From an uncultured Gammaproteobacteria bacterium (lineage in GTDB: Bacteria; Patescibacteriota; Patescibacteriia; UBA1558; 2-01-FULL-52-15): a stretch of DNA of 64,000 nucleotides. The notes beneath the pieces are model-generated. The model worked only from the letters and a program-made list of their open reading frames with translations. It was not told where the DNA came from and did not search any database. A program made the translations under genes and the position numbers. Positions 48,737-56,446 of this stretch are shown piece after piece (positions within the stretch are counted from its first letter, which is position 1; each line of letters starts with the position of its first letter). The stretch lies in the NCBI GenBank assembly GCA_964402565.1, contig CAYOCJ010000002.1, positions 170,982 through 234,981 of the forward strand, written 5' to 3'.

Positions 48737-50719
48737 ATGGAAAAGAAGAAATTCATTCTCGAGTCAATGTATAAGCCTACGGGCGATCAGCCGCAGGCTA
48801 TCGCTGCTTTGGTCAGTGGATTATCGAAAAAATTAGACAAGCAAGTTCTTGTCGGTGTCACTGGTTCAGGCAAAACCTTTACGATAGCCAATGTCATCGC
48901 ACAGGCGCAACGGCCGACTTTGGTGATCTCGCACAATAAAACTCTGGCAGCTCAGCTCGCCAGCGAGTTTCAGGATTTTTTTCCGAAGAATGCGGTTCAT
49001 TATTTCGTATCCTATTATGACTACTATCAGCCTGAAGCATATATTCCAACGACCGATACGCATATTGATAAAGAAACGCAGATCAACGAGGAAATTGACC
49101 GCCTCCGCCATGCTGCTACGCAGGCTGTGCTGACCAGGCGAGACGTGGTGATCGTTGCTTCTGTTTCATGCATTTACGGTTTGGGAGACCCGGAAGATTA
49201 TTCGAAAGTACGGATCGAAGTACAAGTTGGCAAAGAATATTCTGTAGAAAAGTTACTGAGACAGCTGCATTATTTGCAGTATCAGCGAAATGACACCAGT
49301 CTGGTCCGCGGCACGTATACGGTCAAAGGAGAACTTTTGGAAATTTTTGCATCCAGCGACGCAGAATCATTCTATCGCCTGGAGTTTTATGGTTCAAAGC
49401 TTGAAAAGATCAAACGCGTACATTATGTAACGAAGGATGTCGAAGATGCCACTCTTACCGAGCTTTCTATTTTTCCGGCGAAGCATTACCTGGCACCGCA
49501 AGAAAGCGTTCCCGAGATACTTGATGAGATACGATCTGATATGCAGAAGCAGGTGACGCTTTTCAAATCGCAAAATAAATTAATCGAAGCGCAGCGCATC
49601 GAAGAACGGGTGAGTTTTGATCTTGAAATGATCGAGACCGTGGGCTATTGCAATGGCATTGAGAATTACTCACGGTATTTTGATCGTAGGAAACCCGGTC
49701 TGCCGCCCGCGACCTTGCTTGAGTATTTTCCTGATGATTTTCTGCTGGTGGTTGATGAATCGCATATTACCTTGCCGCAGATACGGGGAATGTATAATGG
49801 CGACCGGTCGAGAAAATCCGTGCTCGTGGATTATGGCTGGCGTTTGCCGGCAGCTTTGGACAATAGGCCTCTCCAGTGGGACGAATTTTTGGCGCGGACT
49901 GATCAGACTATCTATATGTCTGCAACGCCTAGTGCGTATGAACTGACCGAGTCGAAACAGCGCGTTGAGCAGATCATCAGGCCGACCGGTCTTCTCGATC
50001 CTGAAGTAGAAGTACGACAGACCGCAGGCCAGATCACTGATGTTGAAAAAGAAATTGAAGCACGGGTAGCGAAGAAGCAGCGTGTGCTGATCACGACGCT
50101 GACGAAACGCTTGGCTGAGGATTTGGCAGAACATTTGCTTTTGAAAAAAGTTAAAGTACAGTATTTGCATTCTGATGTGGATACCTTGGACCGGCTCACC
50201 ATCCTGAAAGACCTCCGTTCAGGAAAATACGACGTGCTCGTGGGCATCAACTTGCTTCGCGAGGGTCTGGATCTGCCTGAAGTGTCGCTGGTCATTGTGC
50301 TTGATGCAGATAAGGAAGGTTTTTTGCGAAACGAGTCATCGCTGATCCAGACCATGGGCCGTGCCGCGCGCCATAAAGACGGACATGTCATCATGTATGC
50401 TGACCGGATGACCGATTCGATGAAGAAAGCTATTGCCGAGACCAATCGCCGACGTGAAATTCAGATGGCATACAATAAGAAGAATCATATTACTCCAGAA
50501 TCGATCATTCGCGGCATTAAAGATACGGCTCTGAAAGGCATGGATGTGAAAGAGGATTTCAAGAAAGAGATCACGCATTTGTCGCGTGATGAGAAAGCAT
50601 ATCTGATAGATACGTTACAACAGCAGATGCAAGTTCATGCGGAGAACCTTGAATTTGAACGGGCAGCTATTCTCAGAGATCAGATAGAGATTTTGAAAAA
50701 ATCACGTAGTAAAAAATAG
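48737..50719 (+). CDS. uvrB: excinuclease ABC subunit B
   Basis: Walker A GVTGSGKTFT, the helicase motifs, beta-hairpin region, and the C-terminal UvrC-interaction helix (ENLEFERAAILRDQIEILKK). Confidence 0.95.
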   Translation: MEKKKFILESMYKPTGDQPQAIAALVSGLSKKLDKQVLVGVTGSGKTFTIANVIAQAQRPTLVISHNKTLAAQLASEFQDFFPKNAVHYFVSYYDYYQPEAYIPTTDTHIDKETQINEEIDRLRHAATQAVLTRRDVVIVASVSCIYGLGDPEDYSKVRIEVQVGKEYSVEKLLRQLHYLQYQRNDTSLVRGTYTVKGELLEIFASSDAESFYRLEFYGSKLEKIKRVHYVTKDVEDATLTELSIFPAKHYLAPQESVPEILDEIRSDMQKQVTLFKSQNKLIEAQRIEERVSFDLEMIETVGYCNGIENYSRYFDRRKPGLPPATLLEYFPDDFLLVVDESHITLPQIRGMYNGDRSRKSVLVDYGWRLPAALDNRPLQWDEFLARTDQTIYMSATPSAYELTESKQRVEQIIRPTGLLDPEVEVRQTAGQITDVEKEIEARVAKKQRVLITTLTKRLAEDLAEHLLLKKVKVQYLHSDVDTLDRLTILKDLRSGKYDVLVGINLLREGLDLPEVSLVIVLDADKEGFLRNESSLIQTMGRAARHKDGHVIMYADRMTDSMKKAIAETNRRREIQMAYNKKNHITPESIIRGIKDTALKGMDVKEDFKKEITHLSRDEKAYLIDTLQQQMQVHAENLEFERAAILRDQIEILKKSRSKK

Positions 50720-50720
50720 T

Positions 50721-50846
50721 CGGCCTCGTCAGCACCGTCATTTCGAGTGAGCGGAGCGAATCGAGAAATCCCGGTGAGATAGAGTTAGCCTTTCTACCAA
50801 CGGGATCTCTCCACTCCGCTTCGCTTCGGTCGAGATGACGAGGCCG
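50721..50846. repeat. ~125-nt imperfect palindromic element (outer 11-bp stem cggcctcgtca/tgacgaggccg) immediately after uvrB
   Basis: Seen directly. Arms share agcggag and gaga(a/g)atcccg segments. Not simply a short hairpin plus T-run. Confidence 0.6.
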
Positions 50847-50974
50847 CCATTCTTTCTATAAAAAGAAAAGCCCCGATCCGTACCGCACTGGTTGTTCCAG
50901 TTTGGATTGGATCGGGGTCTTGTGCGGCCAGGTTGTTCGTTTGAACGACCTGGCCGTAGTCTTCGTTGAGCTTT

Positions 50975-51454
50975 CTAGTGGATATCGGGCATCGTCGGGT
51001 CGCAGATCACAGGGATCCCACGATGGTAGCCCATCAGGCCGCCGTCGATCCCGTCGCTGCTCTGCTCGCCCCAGCCGCCGTCCTGTTTCATGAGGACGAC
51101 TGCATGGGTGAAGCCTTGGAGAACTCGCCTCTCGTTTTTCGAGATGCGGACGTTCTCGACGCCGGCGACATGCCCGGCCTTGCAGCGCTCGACGATGTCA
51201 GCGTAGATCGCATGACGGCGCTCCTCATCCGAATCACGGTACGTGCCGTTGCCCCCGTTCACTCCGTCGCTGCATCGGACCGCGTAGACTTCCCCGGTTT
51301 TCTGATCCGTGAAGTACTCGTCCCACGCCATGCCGTAGCACCCGCCGATGGCTTCCGGGTCGAAGTCGTCGCCGCGCTTGTTCGGGTCGCCGTCGGCCCG
51401 AAGGTCGAAGATGTCGGCGAAACGTCGTTGCTGGATCCCGCTGGCCAGTGTCAT
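50975..51454 (-). CDS. hypothetical soluble protein (high-GC island 2)
   Basis: ATG with SD aggaggtga. The 159-aa product is Gly/Asp-rich with no recognised domain. Coding GC is about 58-60%. Confidence 0.5.
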   Translation of the reverse strand: MTLASGIQQRRFADIFDLRADGDPNKRGDDFDPEAIGGCYGMAWDEYFTDQKTGEVYAVRCSDGVNGGNGTYRDSDEERRHAIYADIVERCKAGHVAGVENVRISKNERRVLQGFTHAVVLMKQDGGWGEQSSDGIDGGLMGYHRGIPVICDPTMPDIH

Positions 51455-51466
51455 CGTGTTTTCCTT

Positions 51467-52018
51467 TCACCTCCTGAAGAGGAGGATCGTGAGAACCAAA
51501 CCCTGAATTCCGAAGAAGGCGACCGGCTGTGCGCCGCTCGCAATGGACCAGTGACTGACCGAGAGAAGCGCGCAAACGCTTCCGGTAACAGTCACGATCC
51601 ATGCTGACAGACTTTCGTGATGGGGTTTAAGCCACGCGTTCCTGAATGTCGGGTATGCAGCGATCACATTCGCCAGGAGGCTGAAGATGATCGCTGTCTC
51701 AGGCTGGCCAAACAAGAACAGCATGCTTATACCAGCGCCGACAGCACTTGCTTTGTCGCTCCAGTGCCATTCGGGGTCGCCGTACTTGCGTGCAAGATAG
51801 GCGACGATGATGGCTCCGAAGAAACAGACGATGATCTGTCCGTTTGTTTCTCTGCGCAGCAACATGCCTGCCGCTGTGATGGTGTCGAGGATGGACCAGA
51901 TGATCCATGAAGCCTTGGCCGGCTTGCAGCCTTTCTTCACGATGGCGTGGATATACAAGGTGAAGGAAGCCGCCGTGAAGATCCCTGATAGGATCGAGAA
52001 GACGTAGTACCAGTTCAC
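51467..52018 (-). CDS. hypothetical polytopic membrane protein, paralog of the next gene (high-GC island 2)
   Basis: GTG start at 52016-52018 with SD aggagga 6 nt upstream. Shares KPxxASW...W and PTxxxxxxxPxxESxxxW blocks with the 52033..52653 product. The longer ORF-track version (to 52426) overlaps the neighbour out of frame and is rejected. Confidence 0.5.
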   Translation of the reverse strand: MNWYYVFSILSGIFTAASFTLYIHAIVKKGCKPAKASWIIWSILDTITAAGMLLRRETNGQIIVCFFGAIIVAYLARKYGDPEWHWSDKASAVGAGISMLFLFGQPETAIIFSLLANVIAAYPTFRNAWLKPHHESLSAWIVTVTGSVCALLSVSHWSIASGAQPVAFFGIQGLVLTILLFRR

Positions 52019-52032
52019 GATGGTTCCTCCTG

Positions 52033-52653
52033 TTATGCCGTGAAGGATTCTTTTCTCCGCTGCCTGCAGAGAAATGCAATCGCTCCATGGCAGATGAGCA
52101 GTACCAGTGGCGTGATCAGCCCGATCAACTTCGTGGTGCCCATGTCGATGGACAACAGAACATTCACGGTGCTCATTGAGAATGCAATTGTCCAGAGTAC
52201 CCACGGGAGAGGGGATTCTTTGAACGGATTTGCTTTCACTCCATCGAGCGTCGGTTTGAACGAGATGAGGAACGCCAAAAGCACGATCATGTTCGCGCTG
52301 GTGGCGCTGCGAAGCGCCCACCAGATCAAGATTGCGAGCAAACCGAGTGCGAACAGCGCACATTCCTTTGGCGTAAGCCGGGAGAATTTCCCGATGAAAA
52401 GCACGTAGATGAAAGTGAGCATGCATGCTACCGATCCGGTCATGAACTGAAGCGACGCCACAACATCTCCGCTCATCTGGAAATAGGAGAGAGCATTGAG
52501 TGTGGCGAGAAACGCCCAGAGACTCCAGCTTGCAGCATTGGGCTTAGAACTGCCCAATTTAGCCTGCCGATTGTAGAGAAGGTAGGCGACGCCGTGCAGG
52601 ATCGCTGCACAAACAGCAATGACTATGGCCAGCTTGTGCATGGCGACCCCCAT
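52033..52653 (-). CDS. hypothetical polytopic membrane protein (high-GC island 2)
   Basis: 206 aa, about 6 TM helices. Paralogous to the 51467..52018 gene. Confidence 0.55.
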   Translation of the reverse strand: MGVAMHKLAIVIAVCAAILHGVAYLLYNRQAKLGSSKPNAASWSLWAFLATLNALSYFQMSGDVVASLQFMTGSVACMLTFIYVLFIGKFSRLTPKECALFALGLLAILIWWALRSATSANMIVLLAFLISFKPTLDGVKANPFKESPLPWVLWTIAFSMSTVNVLLSIDMGTTKLIGLITPLVLLICHGAIAFLCRQRRKESFTA

Positions 52654-52747
52654 GATTTCGAAGTTAGTTGTAAAAGAGCTCTAGTCTAAGCAGATTTTGC
52701 CTAGGTTACCACGTGAATGGTAATTATATATGATAGCATTTTATTAA

Positions 52748-52780
52748 CCTTTTGTCAATATTAGCCAAATCCTGTACTAT
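52748..52780 (+). promoter_or_regulatory. sigma70-like promoter (TTGTCA-17-TACTAT) upstream of the truB fusion gene
   Basis: ttgtca atattagccaaatcctg tactat is 7 nt before the ATG region. Confidence 0.4.
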
Positions 52781-52786
52781 AGAGGT

Positions 52787-53905
52787 ATGCAAAAAGTACT
52801 TATCTTCGGATCATTCGACATTCTGCACCCAGGCCATATTTTTGTGATTAAGGAAGCGATGAACTATGGCGAGGTGCATGCGGGCTTTGCTTTGGACGAA
52901 ACCATAATCAAACTTAAAGGGAGGCTGCCATATAATTCATTGGAAGTACGTATGAAGAATATTGAGGCGTATGGAGTTACGCCTCATGCTGGTGACCCAG
53001 TTGATCGATTACGGGTGGTGCGAGAAGTAGATCCGGCTATCGTAGTGCTTGGTCATGACCAACATTTCTTTGTGGATGCCCTGGAAGAATATCAACGCAC
53101 ATCAAAACCCGACTTGAAGATTATTCGCATCGGCTCATTCCATGATCAGTTGTTTAGTTCATCAAAGTTTCGAAAAGTTCTTGAAGATGAGAAAGCTGGA
53201 TTTTTACTGATCGATAAAAGATCAGGAGAGCCTTCGCTTCGTACGGTTACAAAATTAAGGAATAGTACTGGCATCAAGCAAATTGGCTTTTCAGGCACCT
53301 TAGATCCATTAGCGTCGGGTTTGCTCATTTGCGGCATCAGCCGCGCAACAACGCTTCTTGACTGGTTTCATTTTTTTCCTAAAACATACGAAGCAGAGTT
53401 GAAACTTGGCGAGGCATCTGATACGTATGACAGTGAAGGCAAGGTAGATTTGGTTTCAGATCGGATCCCCTCAGAAAAAGAAATCACCGGTGCACTAGCA
53501 ATGTTTCTCGGAAATACATCTCAAGAACCGCCTATGTTCTCCGCAAAGAAAGTTCAGGGAAAAAAATTGTACGAGCTTGCACGAAAAGGTCATACGGTTG
53601 AAAGGAAAAGGCAAACTATTAGCATCGATTCTATTGAGATGATGGATTACCAATATCCGAAGCTCGGTTTTAGAGTTACTTGTTCAACAGGCACCTACGT
53701 GCGCTCTCTCATACACGACATTGGCCAGAAGCTGGGCGTGGGCGCTCATATGACCGCATTGCGAAGGCTCGCTATAGGTCCATACAACGTGGAACATGCC
53801 ATTGATCTTACTGCGAATATTGGCTCGGAGTTTTCAAGCAATAGAGTCAGTCCGGAAGATGTGCGCATGAAGCTGAACGAGCATATATGGCGAAGGAACG
53901 CTTGA
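52787..53905 (+). CDS. truB: fusion protein: FAD-synthetase-like nucleotidyltransferase N-domain plus tRNA pseudouridine(55) synthase TruB
   Basis: Residues ~1-150: FGSFDILHPGH (HxGH nucleotidyltransferase motif) ... VVLGHDQHFF (FAD_syn pattern). Residues ~165-372: TruB catalytic GTLDPLASGLL, FSAKKVQGKKLYELARKG and TGTYVRSL. Confidence 0.8.
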   Translation: MQKVLIFGSFDILHPGHIFVIKEAMNYGEVHAGFALDETIIKLKGRLPYNSLEVRMKNIEAYGVTPHAGDPVDRLRVVREVDPAIVVLGHDQHFFVDALEEYQRTSKPDLKIIRIGSFHDQLFSSSKFRKVLEDEKAGFLLIDKRSGEPSLRTVTKLRNSTGIKQIGFSGTLDPLASGLLICGISRATTLLDWFHFFPKTYEAELKLGEASDTYDSEGKVDLVSDRIPSEKEITGALAMFLGNTSQEPPMFSAKKVQGKKLYELARKGHTVERKRQTISIDSIEMMDYQYPKLGFRVTCSTGTYVRSLIHDIGQKLGVGAHMTALRRLAIGPYNVEHAIDLTANIGSEFSSNRVSPEDVRMKLNEHIWRRNA

Positions 53906-53958
53906 CCGTATCAATGCTTCTATGTTAGTCTGCTTGTGATAATTTATTAATCTTACCA

Positions 53959-54225
53959 ATGGCACACAAGAAACACGCAATTAAAGCGAAGAAGCAGGCT
54001 GATAAGCGCTATGCACGAAACCGAACGCTTTTGAAGAAGATCAAGGATGTCCGCAAAGCTGCTGAGAAAGCGATCATGGCGAAGAATGCTGACGGCGCAA
54101 AAAAACTCTATCATGATCTGCAGAAATTAGTTGATAAAGCCTCCAAGAGCTTCATCAGCAAAAACACTGCCGCACGCTACAAGTCAAACCTGGCAAAGAA
54201 GATCAAAAAACTCCTCGCGAAGTAA
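53959..54225 (+). CDS. rpsT: 30S ribosomal protein S20
   Basis: MAHKKHAIKAKKQADKRYARNRTLLKKIKDVRK... is the typical basic S20 sequence. A terminator follows. Confidence 0.93.
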   Translation: MAHKKHAIKAKKQADKRYARNRTLLKKIKDVRKAAEKAIMAKNADGAKKLYHDLQKLVDKASKSFISKNTAARYKSNLAKKIKKLLAK

Positions 54226-54239
54226 TTGTCCCGCAAAGA

Positions 54240-54275
54240 TACCGCCCCTGCCGAATGGCAGGGGCGGTTTTGAAT
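54240..54275 (+). terminator. intrinsic terminator of rpsT
   Basis: ccgcccctgcc-gaat-ggcaggggcgg followed by tttt. Confidence 0.7.
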
Positions 54276-54287
54276 TAAAATGATGAA

Positions 54288-54321
54288 CCCGCCGTTCGTT
54301 TTCTACTAGGCGGGTTCTTGT
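54288..54321 (-). terminator. intrinsic terminator of the 54325..55398 gene
   Basis: gaacccgcc-loop-ggcgggttc hairpin directly 3' of the minus-strand stop. Confidence 0.5.
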
Positions 54322-54324
54322 TGT

Positions 54325-55398
54325 TCATTGGAGTGATTGCTGTGCTCGTAGATAGAGCGTCGCGCTCCAGAGCTGTTCATGTGCTCCATAGCCGTTGCCT
54401 GATTCAGGGTCGTACCACTCACGGAAGCCCTTGAGTGCGGAGAGTTTTGCAAATTGCTCTTGGGCGAATTCGGCTTCTCCCATCGCATCGAGCGCTAGTA
54501 CGGTGAAGCCTACGATGAACGGCCATACCACGACTCCATCTGTTCGCTCGATAACGCTGGCTTCTTCTGCCGAGGTCGGATTGTGACGACACTTGATGCT
54601 GACACCATACTGAGTGTCGACTGACCGGAAACCAGCAACGACGTCAGGAAAGCGGGATGGCGGGACGACATCGAATATGATGGCGAGCGCTGCACCCAAC
54701 GGGTCGAATCGTGTCGCGCCCGGGTAGTCCATGAGCTGCGAGCCGCTCCAGAATCGCTGGTCGATGCGTTGCCTCAGTGCAACAGCTTCATCTACTTTGT
54801 TGAGCTGCAAGTAGACATGGTAGAGGATGCTGTTATTTGTGAGCAGCGCTTTATCGTTCAGTTCGCGATGCATCGTGTCGCGCCAGTCAGCCCCAAGGAT
54901 CAGGCCGTCATGCATCAAAGAGGTCTCGACGTAGCTCAGCGCGCGTGAAATCTGCTCGCTGTATGTGTCGATCAGGCTCCAATCATTTGCCTCCCGTGCA
55001 TACGTGAGCATGCCAAGAAGGTACATGATCTCAGAATCGCGCGTTCCAGGCGTCAGGTTCCACAGTTCGCCTGCAAGGAATCGCTTGAGCATGAAAGACA
55101 TTTTGCGCGTTCGAATGCTCTTTGCGAGCTTGCTTGCGAGCCAGGCGAAAGTACCATCCAGGTACAAGATCGGGATTTGGCCATTCGGTTTTTGCCGTTT
55201 GGAAAGGTTCTCGAGGTGGTTTCGAACATCCGCGAAGCGTTTTTGTGCCAACAACACGGGCATGATGGCCAGCATCATATCACGCGTCCAGCACTGATGC
55301 GCATAACGCGTTGGGTCGGCCCAAATACCTTTGCGCCCGACGCAGCGCTCAAGTATTTCCTGAGCTTCCGTTTTCTTGCTCTGTTCAGCGAGGGTCAT
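54325..55398 (-). CDS. putative (alpha/alpha)6-barrel glycoside hydrolase (neutral invertase / glucosidase-like)
   Basis: 357 aa, all-helical with the pattern ...ILGADWRDTM...WPFIVGF.... Reminiscent of the GH100 / amylo-alpha-1,6-glucosidase families. Assignment is tentative. Confidence 0.4.
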   Translation of the reverse strand: MTLAEQSKKTEAQEILERCVGRKGIWADPTRYAHQCWTRDMMLAIMPVLLAQKRFADVRNHLENLSKRQKPNGQIPILYLDGTFAWLASKLAKSIRTRKMSFMLKRFLAGELWNLTPGTRDSEIMYLLGMLTYAREANDWSLIDTYSEQISRALSYVETSLMHDGLILGADWRDTMHRELNDKALLTNNSILYHVYLQLNKVDEAVALRQRIDQRFWSGSQLMDYPGATRFDPLGAALAIIFDVVPPSRFPDVVAGFRSVDTQYGVSIKCRHNPTSAEEASVIERTDGVVVWPFIVGFTVLALDAMGEAEFAQEQFAKLSALKGFREWYDPESGNGYGAHEQLWSATLYLRAQQSLQ

Positions 55399-55480
55399 TT
55401 TTTTCTCCCTTACTCAAAGATCAATTGATGAACAGATCTTTGTACTTGATTTTATCGAAAAAAGCAATACCCGGCTTTCA

Positions 55481-56446
55481 TTAAATTTTGGCAATGAAAA
55501 GTGCCAGCTCAGAGTTGAACGTCCGCTGGTCATTCTTCAGCGTCATATCCAAATGCGTGAGCCGCGCGTATATTGTTTGCAATTCTTTTTTTGAGAAGTT
55601 TTTGCTCTGAGCCATAACCTTTTTTGCAACAAATGGATGCAATTTCAAGCGCTCAGCAATGCCATATGAATTCGGCGTGTGATCGCTTACTTCTCTGACC
55701 TGCACAATGAGCCGAAATTGGCGGAGAAGCATGCCGAACAGTTTTTGGCGGTCGATCGTACTGCGCAAATATTCATCCATGAGCTGAAGTGCTTTTGCTT
55801 TTTGCTTGGTACTGACCGCATCCAAAAAATCGAACATGATGTCAGCCTGCATTTCATGGACCAGCTCTTTGACTGACTGCGCATCTATCGCTGTTGCTTC
55901 AACGTAATGGCATAATTTTTGTAGTTCGTGGTACAAGGCCCACGAATCATCGCCCGCATATGACATGAGCAGCTCGCATGCCTCGCGGCTTATTGTTTTT
56001 TTCAGAAGTTTTGCCTGAGACTGCAGCCACGTAATGCGCTGATGCTCATCTAAGGGCGTAAATTCCTTGCAACAGTTGACCGGGGTGCAGAGCTCAATGA
56101 GGTATTTGAATAGTTTTCCATTTTTTCTCGGCGCTCCTTCATGCCAGATGATGATATAGTTTTCATCCTTTGAATTTTTGAGCGTTTTGAAATAGGCGAT
56201 CAAAGGATCCTGGATATCTGCGAACTTCTTGTGCGAGAATATGTTTTTGAGAATGATGAATTTTTTTGAAGACAGGAAACCCTGCGCTTTAACGCTGGTG
56301 AAGAATTTCTCCAGCGTAAAGTCGCTAACATCGATGGTCTCAGTATTGTGGCCACGTTTGTCATACAGCCCGATGAATTTCTTTTTGAGCAGCATCACCG
56401 TTTCGCGGGCACGGAAAGCGTCATCGCCGTAATAGAAGTAGATCAT
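55481..56446 (-). CDS. holA: DNA polymerase III delta subunit
   Basis: MIYFYYGDDAFRARE... N-terminus and the length and organisation typical of HolA. The 4-nt overlap with polA indicates operon linkage. Confidence 0.8.
   Translation of the reverse strand: MIYFYYGDDAFRARETVMLLKKKFIGLYDKRGHNTETIDVSDFTLEKFFTSVKAQGFLSSKKFIILKNIFSHKKFADIQDPLIAYFKTLKNSKDENYIIIWHEGAPRKNGKLFKYLIELCTPVNCCKEFTPLDEHQRITWLQSQAKLLKKTISREACELLMSYAGDDSWALYHELQKLCHYVEATAIDAQSVKELVHEMQADIMFDFLDAVSTKQKAKALQLMDEYLRSTIDRQKLFGMLLRQFRLIVQVREVSDHTPNSYGIAERLKLHPFVAKKVMAQSKNFSKKELQTIYARLTHLDMTLKNDQRTFNSELALFIAKI

Noticed and set aside
52019-52426. Long version (319 aa) of the 51467.. gene
   Set aside because: The upstream part overlaps the paralogous neighbour in another frame. 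A GTG with an AGGAGGA SD at 52016-52018 gives a protein colinear with its paralog.
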